A DNA stretch of 64,000 nucleotides from the NCBI GenBank assembly GCA_964291285.2, contig OZ219786.1, positions 1,216,001 to 1,280,000 on the forward strand, read 5' to 3'. The DNA is from Alphaproteobacteria bacterium. GTDB lineage: Bacteria > Pseudomonadota > Alphaproteobacteria > Bin95. This document shows, in pieces, positions 27,992-40,684 of this stretch. The first letter of the stretch is position 1. Each line of letters opens with the position of its first letter. Both the position numbers and the translations under genes were made by a program. The notes beneath the pieces were generated by a model. It was given only the letters and a program-made list of their open reading frames with translations, was not told the DNA's origin and did not search any database.

Positions 27992-29233
27992 TTAGTTCCT
28001 GCGGGAAATCATCGTTTGCAGCTTCGGATGGAGCGTGCTCACCAACAGGTCGAGCCTGTCCCGCATCCACGCGACTGCATCTTCGAATTCTCCGCGCGCC
28101 GCTCCCTCTGGAGGAAACGGGAATCGCGTCGGCCGTGTAAAGCCGATTCGAGGACGCCCGCTTCGCTCCCAATGTTCCAGGTCGTCGCCGAGTTCCTCGC
28201 GAAGCTCGTCGAAGGAACGCACCACTTCCTCATAGACGCCCGCGCCAGGTTCGGTCTCCCTCCGGCGGGTCAGGTAACACCCGACAATAGAAGCGCTGCG
28301 GTCGAGAAAGCCCACGAATGACAGCCCCCAGTCGCCGAAACCCGAGCGGCGAACCTTTACATAAACTTGTGGGCCTGTCCGGCCCTCGGGAAGCTCAACA
28401 GTGACGTCGGAGAAAGCGTAGCCGTCCAGCACGGCCGTCCAGAACCGGACGTTCTCGGATACGTAGCCGTCGGGTGCATTGTCTTCACCCCCGTCTTCCG
28501 CCGCCCTTTCCTCCACGTGGCCGCCTTCGACGACGACTCGACGAACGACCTCCGTGCGTGTGAGGATGCGCGGCTGCACGATGGTGCGCCCCGCCGTGTC
28601 GCGGTAGAGCGCCGCCTCGACCAGGGCGAGGGTGAAGTGCAGGCCGCTGTGGCTCTGCACGAATTGCACGATGTTCTCGACGCCTTCGCGGATCCCGTCG
28701 CCGACGATGAGCAACAGGAACTCGCCACGCTTGAGGTGGCGGCTGACATTGTCGACGAATTCCGCTTCGTCGATGTCCGGTGCATGCTCCCGGACCAGCT
28801 CGTAGGGGACGTTGCCTGTGCGCTTCAGCGCCTTCGACACTTCGCGCTGGAGGTCCTCGTAGCTCCAGGACGCCAGTTCCTTGGCGTAGTCCAGAATCTG
28901 CCCGATCACCTCCCGGCGCGCCTGCGGATTCCGCCAGAGCTTGAATTCGGCCAAGGTCAAACGGCCGCGCTCGTTGATATAGAGAGCGTCAACGGGACCG
29001 GCCGGCGTACGCAGTTCGCGGCAAACAGGCGCCGGATCGGCGTAGGCGGCGTCGATGGCCCGGATTGGCAGCGAGCCGGGGAATCGAAACAGCAGGTCCC
29101 GGAGGGACGATTCGTCCATGCCGCCGTCGGCCTGCGCGTCTCCAAGCGGCAGGCGCTGCAGCGTCTCCTCGCCGGACGGGCTGTCCGGGTCGATCCGAAT
29201 CAAGTCGCCGTATGCCCGATTGCCGGAGTTCAC
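27992..29233 (-). CDS. Putative PD-(D/E)XK nuclease (NucS-like N-terminus, DUF4268-like C-terminus)
   Basis: RELRTPAGPVDALY...LAEFKLWRNPQARREVIGQILDYA; GTGA coupling. Confidence 0.7.
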   Translation of the reverse strand: MNSGNRAYGDLIRIDPDSPSGEETLQRLPLGDAQADGGMDESSLRDLLFRFPGSLPIRAIDAAYADPAPVCRELRTPAGPVDALYINERGRLTLAEFKLWRNPQARREVIGQILDYAKELASWSYEDLQREVSKALKRTGNVPYELVREHAPDIDEAEFVDNVSRHLKRGEFLLLIVGDGIREGVENIVQFVQSHSGLHFTLALVEAALYRDTAGRTIVQPRILTRTEVVRRVVVEGGHVEERAAEDGGEDNAPDGYVSENVRFWTAVLDGYAFSDVTVELPEGRTGPQVYVKVRRSGFGDWGLSFVGFLDRSASIVGCYLTRRRETEPGAGVYEEVVRSFDELREELGDDLEHWERSGRPRIGFTRPTRFPFPPEGAARGEFEDAVAWMRDRLDLLVSTLHPKLQTMISRRN

Positions 29234-30852
29234 AGTGCCGGAGCGCCTTGCATCGAAACCGTATCCGTTTCCATGGCCTCGGCCATGCGGCGCAACTCCG
29301 CTTTCTGGATCTTGGTGCCGTTGGGGCTGTGGGTGACGGGGAAGGCGTCTATGGCGGCGGCGCGGACGGGCACCTTGTAGTTGGCCATGGTCTCGCGGCA
29401 CCAGGCGAGGAGCGCCACCTCGTCGTAGGGGCCTTCCGCCGGGCGCACGAAGGCGAAGGCGCGGGGCCCTCGCGGCGTGGCGACGCCGACGACCTGGCAG
29501 CCGGAGACCGAGGGGTGCGTCTCGATATGCGCCTCGATCTCGCTCGGAGCCGTCAGGAAGCCGGCGAGGCGGAGCGTGTCGCCCATGCGCGCCTCATAGA
29601 CGAAGCTGCCGTCGGCGCGCATCCGCCCGGCGTCGCCTGTGCGAAGGAACCCGTCTTCCGTCATGGCGGCGGCCGTTGCCTCCGGGTTGCCCTCATAGCG
29701 GAGGAACAGGCTCGGGCAGCGCATTTCGACCTCGCCCGACACGCCGGGCGGGCAGAGTTCGCCGGTCTCGACATTGCGCACCCGCACGACCGCTTCGGGC
29801 GCGACCGGATAGCCGCCGCCGGCAAGGCGGTCCTCCAGCGGCGCGTCGATCTTCTGGACGGCCATCAGCGCGCCCACCTCGCTCATGCCGTAGAGGCCGA
29901 TCAGAGGCACGCCGCGCGCGAGCGTCCGCGCCGCGAAGTCCTCCAGGGTCGGGTTGAAGAGCGCATAGCCGCAGAGGCGCAGGCTCGGGAAGGGCTCCGG
30001 CTCCTCGCGCAGGGCCAGCATCCCGGCATACATGTCGTCCGTGCCCATGAAATGGGTGACCCGGTGGCGGCGCACCGCCCCGGCGGCCTCTCCCGGCGTG
30101 AACAGCGGCGCCAGCACGTTCGGCGCGCCGGCCGCCAGCGTCGCCATCATGGTCGAGAAGCCGAACACGCCGCAGAGCGGGGTCGCCTGGTAGCTGACCG
30201 CGCCCGGCCGGTCCCAGCCGAAGGCGGACACGCAGTCGCGGGCATGGCGCGTCACCGGCTCCTGCCCGTGCAGCACGAATTTGGGCCTCGAGGTGGTGCC
30301 TGAGGTGGTGAAGATGTTGCTGGGATCCGCCGGCGCGGCCCGGTCGTCAGCCAGGGGCGGGGCCTCGAACAGCGCCGGGACCGCCGTGACCGGCTTGCCG
30401 GCCACCCGCTCCGGGGCCGGCGCCTCGCCCTCGTCATAGACCAGCACCCGCTCAAGGCCGGACAGAGCGTCCTCGCCGATCTCCGCCAGCAGGCCGGCGA
30501 AGTCGATGTCCTTGAAACCGGGCCACATGGCGAGCGCCTTCGCGCCCGAACGCGACAGGATGTCCGCGACCTCGAGCGCCCGGAAGCGGGTGTTGACCGC
30601 AACCGCCACCGCGCCGAGCCGCCCGAGCGCGAAATAGAGCGCGAGCCAGGCCGGCACGTTCGGCAGCCAGAGCGCGACCTTGTCGCCGCGGCCGACGCCG
30701 AGCGCCGCCAGTGCGGAGGCCGCCCGGCGCGAGCGGTCCAGCAGGTCGTCGTAGCTCCAGGTCCCGCCGCCATAGATGAGCGCCGGCGCATCCCCGGCTT
30801 CTTCCGTGACGCGCTCCAGCAGGGCGGACAGGGTCTCGCGCACGTCCCTCAC
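29230..30852 (-). CDS. AMP-binding acyl-CoA synthetase
   Basis: FTTSGTTSRPK, YGMSE, RTGD, C-terminal KIQK. Confidence 0.9.
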   Translation of the reverse strand: MRDVRETLSALLERVTEEAGDAPALIYGGGTWSYDDLLDRSRRAASALAALGVGRGDKVALWLPNVPAWLALYFALGRLGAVAVAVNTRFRALEVADILSRSGAKALAMWPGFKDIDFAGLLAEIGEDALSGLERVLVYDEGEAPAPERVAGKPVTAVPALFEAPPLADDRAAPADPSNIFTTSGTTSRPKFVLHGQEPVTRHARDCVSAFGWDRPGAVSYQATPLCGVFGFSTMMATLAAGAPNVLAPLFTPGEAAGAVRRHRVTHFMGTDDMYAGMLALREEPEPFPSLRLCGYALFNPTLEDFAARTLARGVPLIGLYGMSEVGALMAVQKIDAPLEDRLAGGGYPVAPEAVVRVRNVETGELCPPGVSGEVEMRCPSLFLRYEGNPEATAAAMTEDGFLRTGDAGRMRADGSFVYEARMGDTLRLAGFLTAPSEIEAHIETHPSVSGCQVVGVATPRGPRAFAFVRPAEGPYDEVALLAWCRETMANYKVPVRAAAIDAFPVTHSPNGTKIQKAELRRMAEAMETDTVSMQGAPAL

Positions 30853-31877
30853 GCCTGCACGAAACGGAAAACGCCGTCGGCGCCCCGCTCGCGCTCGACG
30901 CGGCCCCCATGCCAGAGATTGTGGAGGTGCGCGATGGCCTCGCCGATGGCGAAGGATTGCTGGTGCAGGTCCAGCGGGCGGTGGAAGAAGACCGGCAGCA
31001 GGTCGATGGCGTGCCGCGGTTCGGCCAGCGCCTCGCAGCCGTCGTCGAGCCGGACCTGGTGGTGGTCGCGCAACTGCGCGAGGCGCTCATGCAGGCCGTA
31101 GAACGGCCGGTCGTGGCTGCAGAGCGTGAAGGTGTCGTCGGGCAGGTGGGCGAAGGCGCGGGTGCTGTCCAGGAAATGTTGCAGCGGGTCGCCGTCGGGT
31201 TCGACGAAATGCACGGACACGTTGGTCGTGATGCGCGGCAGCACTTGGTCGCCGGAGATCAGCAGCTTCGACTCGGGGCAGGCGAGGCAGACATGCTCCG
31301 GCGAATGGCCGGAGCCGATGATCGCCTGCCACTCGCGCCCGCCGATGCGGATGCGGTCGCCGTGCTGGATACGGCGGTAGACGATGGGCGGCCGGACCAC
31401 GTTCTGGGCGTAGAAATTGCCGCGCCCGCGCATGGCGTCCACCGTCGATGTCGCCATGCCGTTCTGCCGCCAGAAGCGCAGCATTTCCTCCATGTTGCGT
31501 TCGCGCGCGTCGAAGGCGAAATGCGACCAGAGCCACTCCGAAAGGCTCATCCAGAGTTCGGCCTCCGGGAAACGCGTCAGCAGCCATTGGGCCAAGCCCA
31601 TATGGTCGGGGTGGAAATGCGTGACGACCACCCGGCGCACCGGGCCCCCGGCAAGCAGCGTGCGGATCAGCGTCTCCCAGATGTCGCGCACGCCGTCCTT
31701 GTTCAGCCCGCAATCGACGACGGTCCAGCCGTCCCCGTCTTCCAGGAGGTAGAGATTGATGTGGTCGAGGACGAAGGGCAGCGGCATCCGCACCCACCAG
31801 ATCCCGTCGGCCACCTGCCGCGCCGCGCCCTCGGGCGGCGGCTCGTCATAGGGATATTCGACGACGATCCCGCTCAC
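30849..31877 (-). CDS. MBL-fold metallo-hydrolase
   Basis: THFHPDHMG, GHSPEH, ISGDQVLP, CSH. Confidence 0.9.
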   Translation of the reverse strand: MSGIVVEYPYDEPPPEGAARQVADGIWWVRMPLPFVLDHINLYLLEDGDGWTVVDCGLNKDGVRDIWETLIRTLLAGGPVRRVVVTHFHPDHMGLAQWLLTRFPEAELWMSLSEWLWSHFAFDARERNMEEMLRFWRQNGMATSTVDAMRGRGNFYAQNVVRPPIVYRRIQHGDRIRIGGREWQAIIGSGHSPEHVCLACPESKLLISGDQVLPRITTNVSVHFVEPDGDPLQHFLDSTRAFAHLPDDTFTLCSHDRPFYGLHERLAQLRDHHQVRLDDGCEALAEPRHAIDLLPVFFHRPLDLHQQSFAIGEAIAHLHNLWHGGRVERERGADGVFRFVQA

Positions 31878-32131
31878 TTGCCGGTTTCTGCCAGCCGGGC
31901 CTCCAGGGCGGCCACGCGCGCTTCGAGCCGCTCCTGCTCCATGCGCGCGTTCTGCGCCATTTCCTGCACGGCCTCGAAGTCCTCGCGCCGCACAAGGTCC
32001 ATCGAATCGAGCACGCTCTGAATACGGTCGCGGACCATCGACTCCATCTCGTCGCGAACGGCGCCCGCCGCGCCGGCGGCGCCCGAGGCCACCCGGGCCA
32101 GATCGTCGAAGATTCGCTTTCCGGTTTGCAT
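31874..32131 (-). CDS. ubiK: Accessory factor UbiK (BMFP family)
   Basis: MQTGKRIFDDLAR...MDLVRREDFEAV...LEARVAALE; divergent from lgt as is usual in Alphaproteobacteria. Confidence 0.85.
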   Translation of the reverse strand: MQTGKRIFDDLARVASGAAGAAGAVRDEMESMVRDRIQSVLDSMDLVRREDFEAVQEMAQNARMEQERLEARVAALEARLAETGK

Positions 32132-32240
32132 GGGTCCGACTCCAAGCATAGCTTCTCGACCGCGCCGACAGGATGGGCCATGAAATGATGCTTGTCACGG
32201 GAGATCGTGCCGGCCGGCCGGGGCCGGCGAAGACCCGGCC

Positions 32241-33032
32241 GTGATTCTTCCCGTCGTCCCGTTCCCCGTCATCGACCCGGTTGCGATCGAGCTCGGGCCG
32301 CTGGCGATTCGCTGGTATGCGCTCGCCTATCTCGTCGGCCTGATCGTCGGCTGGCGGCTGGCGCGGCGCCTTGCCACCGCGCCGCCCTTTCTCATGCGCG
32401 CCGAGCGGGTGGATGACCTGCTGGCCTGGATGGTGCTGGGCGTGGTGGCCGGAGGGCGGCTCGGCTACGTCCTGTTCTACAAGCCCGGCTACTATCTTCT
32501 GAATCCGGAAGAGGCGCTGTTCCTCTGGCAGGGCGGCATGTCGTTCCACGGAGGGCTTGCCGGGGTTGCGCTGGCGGCCTTCCTGTTCGCGCGCCGCCGC
32601 GAGCTCCCCTTCCTGCGCGTGGGCGATGTCGTGGCGGCGGTGGCCCCGGTCGGGTTGCTGCTCGGCCGGCTTGCCAATTTTGTGAACGGCGAACTCTACG
32701 GTCGGGCGACGGACGTTTCCTGGGCGATGGTCTTTCCATCGGACCCGGCGGGGCTGCCGCGCCATCCGAGCCAGCTTTACGAAGCGGCGCTTGAGGGCCT
32801 GGCGCTCGGCCTCGTCATGCTGGCGCTGGCGTCGCGGGAGCGGGTGCGGGCGCGGCCCGGCATGCTGGCGGGCGTCTTCTTTCTCGGCTACGGGCTGGCG
32901 CGCTGCTTCGCCGAGCTGTTCCGGGAACCGGACGCCCATCTGGGATTCATACTGGGGCCGGTCACGATGGGGCAGCTCCTGTCCCTGCCGCTCATCGCCA
33001 TCGGCCTCGCGCTCGCGGTCCGCCGCCCGTGA
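32241..33032 (+). CDS. lgt: Prolipoprotein diacylglyceryl transferase
   Basis: IRWYALAY, GGRLGYVLFY, GGMSFHGG, GRLANFVNGELYGR, RHPSQLYEA. Confidence 0.96.
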   Translation: MILPVVPFPVIDPVAIELGPLAIRWYALAYLVGLIVGWRLARRLATAPPFLMRAERVDDLLAWMVLGVVAGGRLGYVLFYKPGYYLLNPEEALFLWQGGMSFHGGLAGVALAAFLFARRRELPFLRVGDVVAAVAPVGLLLGRLANFVNGELYGRATDVSWAMVFPSDPAGLPRHPSQLYEAALEGLALGLVMLALASRERVRARPGMLAGVFFLGYGLARCFAELFREPDAHLGFILGPVTMGQLLSLPLIAIGLALAVRRP

Positions 33033-34036
33033 CCGGCGGTCTGGCGGCAAAGCTGGCCCGGCGCATCGGGCGCGACGGGCCGATCCCGCTCGCCGAGTTC
33101 ATGGCGCTGAACAACGCCGCCTACTATGCCGGCCGGGACCCCTTCGGACGCGGCGGGGACTTCATCACCGCACCCGAGGTCAGCCAGATGTTCGGCGAGA
33201 TCGTAGGGCTCTGGTGCGTGGATACGTGGGAGCGGATGGAGCGCCCGGCGAAGTTCCGCCTCATCGAGCTCGGGCCGGGGCGCGGCGTGCTGATGGCCGA
33301 CGCCCTGCGCGCCGCCCGGCTGGAGCCGGCGTTCCGGCCCGAAGTGCATCTGGTCGAGACCTCGCCGGCGCTCCGCTCGCTCCAGCGCGCGCAGGGCTTC
33401 GACGCGGTCTGGCACGACGACCCGGACACGATACCGGACGGCCCTTCCATCTGGCTTGCCAACGAGTTCTTCGACGCGCTGCCGGTCCGCCAGTTCGTGC
33501 GGATCGGCGGAAGCTGGCACGAACGGCTGGTGGACCTGGACGGGGACGGCTTGCGCTTCGTCGCGGGCCCGGCGCTCCGCCATGCGGGCGCGGGCGAGGA
33601 CGGCGACATGACCGAAGTCTGCCCGGCGGCGGGCGGCATCGCGGCGGCTCTGGCGGCGCGTCCGGGCTATGGCCTCGCCATCGATTACGGCTATGTCGAG
33701 CCGCCCGGGCGGCCGACCGTACAGGCGGTCAGCGGGCATGAGCCGGTCGATCCGTTGTCCCGGCCCGGCGAAGCGGATATGAGCGCGCATGTGGATTTTG
33801 CGGCGCTGGTGCGCGCAGGCCGCGAGGCCGGCGCGGCGGTCTGGGGCCCGGCGCCGCAGGGCGACTGGCTCCGCCGCCTCGGCATCGAGGCCCGCGCCGC
33901 ACGGCTCGGCGGCCAGGAGGAGGCGCTGGCGCGGCTGACGGGCGGGGACGCGATGGGCAGGCTGTTCCGGGTGCTCGCATTCGGCCCCGCCGGCGCGCCG
34001 GCGCCCGCGGGCTTCCTCGACGAGGAAGGGGAATGA
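33029..34036 (+). CDS. SAM-dependent methyltransferase (MidA/NDUFAF7 family)
   Basis: GDFITAPEVSQMFGE, ELGPGRG, ANEFFDALP, DYGY. Confidence 0.92.
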   Translation: MTGGLAAKLARRIGRDGPIPLAEFMALNNAAYYAGRDPFGRGGDFITAPEVSQMFGEIVGLWCVDTWERMERPAKFRLIELGPGRGVLMADALRAARLEPAFRPEVHLVETSPALRSLQRAQGFDAVWHDDPDTIPDGPSIWLANEFFDALPVRQFVRIGGSWHERLVDLDGDGLRFVAGPALRHAGAGEDGDMTEVCPAAGGIAAALAARPGYGLAIDYGYVEPPGRPTVQAVSGHEPVDPLSRPGEADMSAHVDFAALVRAGREAGAAVWGPAPQGDWLRRLGIEARAARLGGQEEALARLTGGDAMGRLFRVLAFGPAGAPAPAGFLDEEGE

Positions 34037-34785
34037 TGGAACGGGACGCACTGTCCGGCCTTGCAGGCGTCGCGCATGCCTTTCTGGAGCGCGGGGGCGG
34101 CGTCAGCACGGGCCTCTATGCCGGCCTCAATTGCGGTTTCGGCTCCGGCGACGACCGGGATGCGGTGAGCGAGAACCGCAACCGTGCGCTCGCTGCAGTG
34201 GAGGCGGACCAACTGGCGACGCTCTACCAGATCCACAGCGCCGAGGCCGTGGCCCTGGCGGAGCCGCCGAAGGGCCTCCGGGCTGACGGCATGGCGACGG
34301 ACCGTCCGGGCCTGGCACTCGGTATATTGACGGCGGACTGTGCGCCGGTGCTGTTCGCGGACGCGCAGGCGGGCGTGGTCGGCGCCGCCCATTGCGGCTG
34401 GCGCGGCGCGCTCGCCGGCATCGCCGAAGCGGTGCTGGAGCGCATGGAAGGGCTCGGCGCACGGGCAGGGCGGACGGTCGCCGCCGTCGGCCCCTGCATC
34501 GGGCAGGCGTCCTACGAGGTCGGACCCGAGTTCAGGGAGGCGTTCGAGACGGCCGATGCCGACAACGGCCGCTGGTTCGTGGTGGCGGCGCGCTCTGGCC
34601 ATTTCCGCTTCGACCTCGCCGGCTATGTCGCCGGGCGCCTCGAGCGCGCGGGCCTCGCGGCCGTCTCGGTCGCCGATGCGGACACCTGCGCGGAAGAGGA
34701 ACGCTTCTTCAGCTACCGCCGCGCCTGCCTGCGGGGCGAGGCGGACTATGGCCGCCAATTATCGCTGATAGCGCTGCGGCGCTGA
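34033..34785 (+). CDS. pgeF: Peptidoglycan editing factor PgeF/YfiH
   Basis: QIHS, LTADCAPVL, AAHCGWRG, GPCI, FFSYRR. Confidence 0.92.
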   Translation: MMERDALSGLAGVAHAFLERGGGVSTGLYAGLNCGFGSGDDRDAVSENRNRALAAVEADQLATLYQIHSAEAVALAEPPKGLRADGMATDRPGLALGILTADCAPVLFADAQAGVVGAAHCGWRGALAGIAEAVLERMEGLGARAGRTVAAVGPCIGQASYEVGPEFREAFETADADNGRWFVVAARSGHFRFDLAGYVAGRLERAGLAAVSVADADTCAEEERFFSYRRACLRGEADYGRQLSLIALRR

Positions 34786-34788
34786 GCG

Positions 34789-37647
<2,859 letters not shown>

Positions 37648-37753
37648 GACAGTCTCGATATTAGGGCGAACCGTCCCGGCTTAGAAGCCATGGCGCGGTT
37701 CCGCCGCAATTCGGCGGCAGGCCGGGACGCGGGCGCACCGGACGGAGGACGAC

Positions 37754-38137
37754 ATGCATGTGATGGTTCACCGGTTCTGGATCGAGAAGGGGTCCTGGCC
37801 GGAGTTTCGACGCCTTTCCAGGGAAGGCGTCTGGCCGCCGATGGCGCAGCTCGGCGCGCGTATCCTCGGCTTCTATCTCGCCGAGGAGCCCGAGCCCAAT
37901 CCGGAGGTGTCCGGGGCATGCGACATGGTCTGGCTCGTAATCGCCTATGCGGACAAGGCGCATCGCGCGGCGACTCGGACCGGTTCGCCGACATTCGCCG
38001 GCTCAAGGGCGCTGCACGACCGGCTCGAGGCGGCGCGCAGGGAACGGATGAAGCTGATCCTCGCAACCAGCGATTGCTGGTGCACCCATGACGGCTCCGG
38101 GTTCATGCCGGCCCAGTGGCCGGTGGCGGAAGCCTGA
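37754..38137 (+). CDS. Hypothetical protein (NIPSNAP-like)
   Basis: GGAGG RBS; FRRLSREGVWPPMAQLGARILG pattern. Confidence 0.6.
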   Translation: MHVMVHRFWIEKGSWPEFRRLSREGVWPPMAQLGARILGFYLAEEPEPNPEVSGACDMVWLVIAYADKAHRAATRTGSPTFAGSRALHDRLEAARRERMKLILATSDCWCTHDGSGFMPAQWPVAEA

Positions 38138-38235
38138 GCGGACGGGTTGTCTCTCACACAACACATCGGATTCGGGTTACAACATTCGCCGGATCGAGGT
38201 TGACCAGCGGGTCCGCCGCTGTCGGGAGCGCCGCC

Positions 38236-39243
38236 ATGGCAGAGTTTTCGTATCTTGCGTTTCCTGTCCCCGGGACGGCCGCGGAGACGGCGCGCAATGC
38301 CGAGGCGGCGGGCTGGGACGCTCTCGGCTTTCCCGACACGCAGAATCTGAGCGGGGACGTTTACAGCGCCCTCGCGCTGGCCGCGTCCGCGACCGACCGG
38401 CTCATGCTCGGCCCCGGCGTCACCAATCCGGTAACCCGCCACCCGGCGGTCACCGCGTCCGCCATCGCGACCATCCAGGTCGAGTCCGGCGGACGCGCCG
38501 TGCTGGGGATCGGCCGCGGCGACTCCGCGCTCGGCTATATCGGGCGCCAGCCGGCCCCGGTCAGGGTGTTCGAGCGGTATCTGCGCGATGTGCAGCATTA
38601 TCTGCGGGGCGAAGCGGTGGATATCGACGGCTATGAGAGCTGCAACAGGTGGATCGCCGCCACGGGCATGCCCAAGGTCCCGGTCGATGTCGCGGCAACG
38701 GGGCCCAGGGTCATCTCGGTGGCGGCGGTCCATGCCGAGCGGATCACCTTCGCCGTCGGCGCCGACCCCGCGCGCATCGTCGGCGCGATGCAGACGGCGC
38801 GCGCCGCGCGGGAAAGCGCGGGGCTCGACCCCGAGGAGCTTTCCTTCGGCGCCTACATCAACTGCACGGCGAATCCCGATGCGGCCAGGGCGCGCCACAT
38901 CATCAGCGGGACCGTGGGCACCTTTGCGCATTTCACGGGCATGTCCACGGCGAATTCCGAGGGCCTGAAGGACCGCGCCATCTTCGAATATATCGGCGCC
39001 AACTACGACATGCCCAACCACGCGCGAATCGCGGCCGGCCACCTGTCGGTCGTGGACGAGGATTTCATTGAGCGCTTCGCGGTTGCGGGGCCGTCCGGCT
39101 ATTGCGTGGACCGGCTCGGCCCGCTCATCGAGCTCGGGCTCGACCGGCTCGTCTTCATCACCTTCTCGTCGGACGCGGACCCTGCGGAGGTCGCCGACGG
39201 CAACGCCCGCCTGGCGGCAGAGGTATTGCCGCAGCTTCGGTGA
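38236..39243 (+). CDS. LLM-class flavin-dependent oxidoreductase
   Basis: DTQNL, LGPGVTNPVTRHPAVTA, SGGRAVLGIGRGDSA. Confidence 0.88.
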   Translation: MAEFSYLAFPVPGTAAETARNAEAAGWDALGFPDTQNLSGDVYSALALAASATDRLMLGPGVTNPVTRHPAVTASAIATIQVESGGRAVLGIGRGDSALGYIGRQPAPVRVFERYLRDVQHYLRGEAVDIDGYESCNRWIAATGMPKVPVDVAATGPRVISVAAVHAERITFAVGADPARIVGAMQTARAARESAGLDPEELSFGAYINCTANPDAARARHIISGTVGTFAHFTGMSTANSEGLKDRAIFEYIGANYDMPNHARIAAGHLSVVDEDFIERFAVAGPSGYCVDRLGPLIELGLDRLVFITFSSDADPAEVADGNARLAAEVLPQLR

Positions 39244-39599
39244 AGCGCTCCGGCCTCCCGGCAGGCCTGAAGAAGCTTTTTGTTCCAAATAAATCAGAAA
39301 TAATTCAAAAAATGCTTGACCTCCGGAAAGCCCATGCCTAGATAGGTCCGAGGTGAGCGAAGTCCGCGCGGACCGCTTCCCGCCCGCGCCGGCCCGGTGC
39401 GGAACGACCCCGATTCAGCCGACAGGCGAGGTGCGTCCTGTGCCCGCCTCGCGTGCGCGCAATCAGGCGCGCGAACCGCGCCGGCGCCGACACCCGCCCG
39501 CGCCGGCACAGGCGCGCGCAGGATACGCGCGAATAAGGGTCGCTCCCCGCCGGGCCTGCCTGTCGAACGCCAGCGGAACGAAAGGAGCCGCCGCACCCC

Positions 39600-40589
39600 A
39601 TGCCCGTCATCGACCCCGCCGTCGCGCTTTCCACCCGCCAGGAAGCCTTCTGCCGCCACTACACAGCGTCCGGCAATGCCGCAGACGCCGCAAGGCAGGC
39701 CGGCTATGCCGAGCGCTCCGCACGACAGACCGGATGCGCCCTGCTGGAGCGGCCCTACATCGTCGAGCGCGTGCGCCGCATCCGCCTGTCGTGGCGGCGC
39801 ACCGAACGCGACGAGGCCCGCATCCTGCTCGCCCGCTCGGAGCAGGCCTGGGACGCCGCCGTCGCCAGCGGCTCGGCTTACATGATGCTCCGGGTGCTGC
39901 GCTTCCAGGCCGAGATCGCCGGGCTTGTCAGTCCGGCCGGCGCGAACCGGGCCCGCCTCTGGCCGCTGCCGCACGAGGACGAGTTCGGTGAGATCGAAGC
40001 GGGCGAGGCGCAGGAGGCGGGCACCGAGCCCGGACCGCTCGCCGAGGCCGTGCGCAGCGGCCATGCCCGGGCCGAACGAGCGCTCGCCCGCCACCGCGAG
40101 CGGCGCGAGGCGATGGAGGCGCAGGAGGGCTTCGACGGGGCCGCGCACGAGGAGGACGCCCGCAGGCTCGCCGCGGCCGTCGAGGAGCGCTCCCGCCTGC
40201 CCGTCAGCTTCGGCCCCCCGCCCGCGCCGGCGAACGACCTGCCGCCAGCCGACGACCCGCCGGAGGAGACCTACGAAGACTGCCCCTGGGCCGCCGCCGA
40301 CACGCCCGGCCACGAGGACAGCACCGACGACGACCGGGCCGACGGCGCCGAACATGACTGGCTCTACCAGCGCCGCAACGGCTACGACGACATCTACGAC
40401 CCCTGGGCCCCGGAGCAGGTCGAGGAGCGCAGGCAGAGCCGCCTCGAACGGGAAGAGCGGGGCGAAGACGAAGACAACGATTGGAGCGGACCGGCGGCGA
40501 GGGGGAAGAAGCAGAAAAAGAAGAAGGGGAAGAAGCGGAGGACCGGCCCGGAGGACGCCGGTTCCGCCCCCGACCATGACAAAACATGA
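39600..40589 (+). CDS. Terminase small subunit-like protein with long acidic tail, ending HDKT
   Basis: LSTRQEAFCRHYTASGNAADAARQAGYAERSARQTGCALLERPYI matches the TerS (Terminase_2) N-terminal HTH pattern; AAAGGAG RBS. Confidence 0.8.
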   Translation: MPVIDPAVALSTRQEAFCRHYTASGNAADAARQAGYAERSARQTGCALLERPYIVERVRRIRLSWRRTERDEARILLARSEQAWDAAVASGSAYMMLRVLRFQAEIAGLVSPAGANRARLWPLPHEDEFGEIEAGEAQEAGTEPGPLAEAVRSGHARAERALARHRERREAMEAQEGFDGAAHEEDARRLAAAVEERSRLPVSFGPPPAPANDLPPADDPPEETYEDCPWAAADTPGHEDSTDDDRADGAEHDWLYQRRNGYDDIYDPWAPEQVEERRQSRLEREERGEDEDNDWSGPAARGKKQKKKKGKKRRTGPEDAGSAPDHDKT

Positions 40590-40606
40590 CACTTCATGAC
40601 ACTTCA
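40575..40606 (+). repeat. 3 x 10-bp CATGACA direct repeat over the stop codon
   Basis: CATGACAAAA CATGACACTT CATGACACTT. Confidence 0.9.
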
Positions 40607-40684
40607 CTGGAGTGGGCCCCTGGTCTCGGACAGTTTTGTTGTAGGAAATTGACAGGTGCGCGGTCATTGGAAGGATCGACGCCG

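Larger units (their letters stand above)
39270..40607 (+). other. Single-gene cassette, copy 2 (AT-rich promoter, conserved leader, TerS-like ORF, CATGACA x3); tail continues after IS3 at ~41858-41880
   Basis: Leader and tail homologous to cassette 1; boundaries approximate. Confidence 0.7.

Noticed and set aside
39600-40589. Calling a prophage around the TerS-like gene
   Set aside because: No terL, portal, capsid or integrase gene in the window; flanks are host genes and an IS3.
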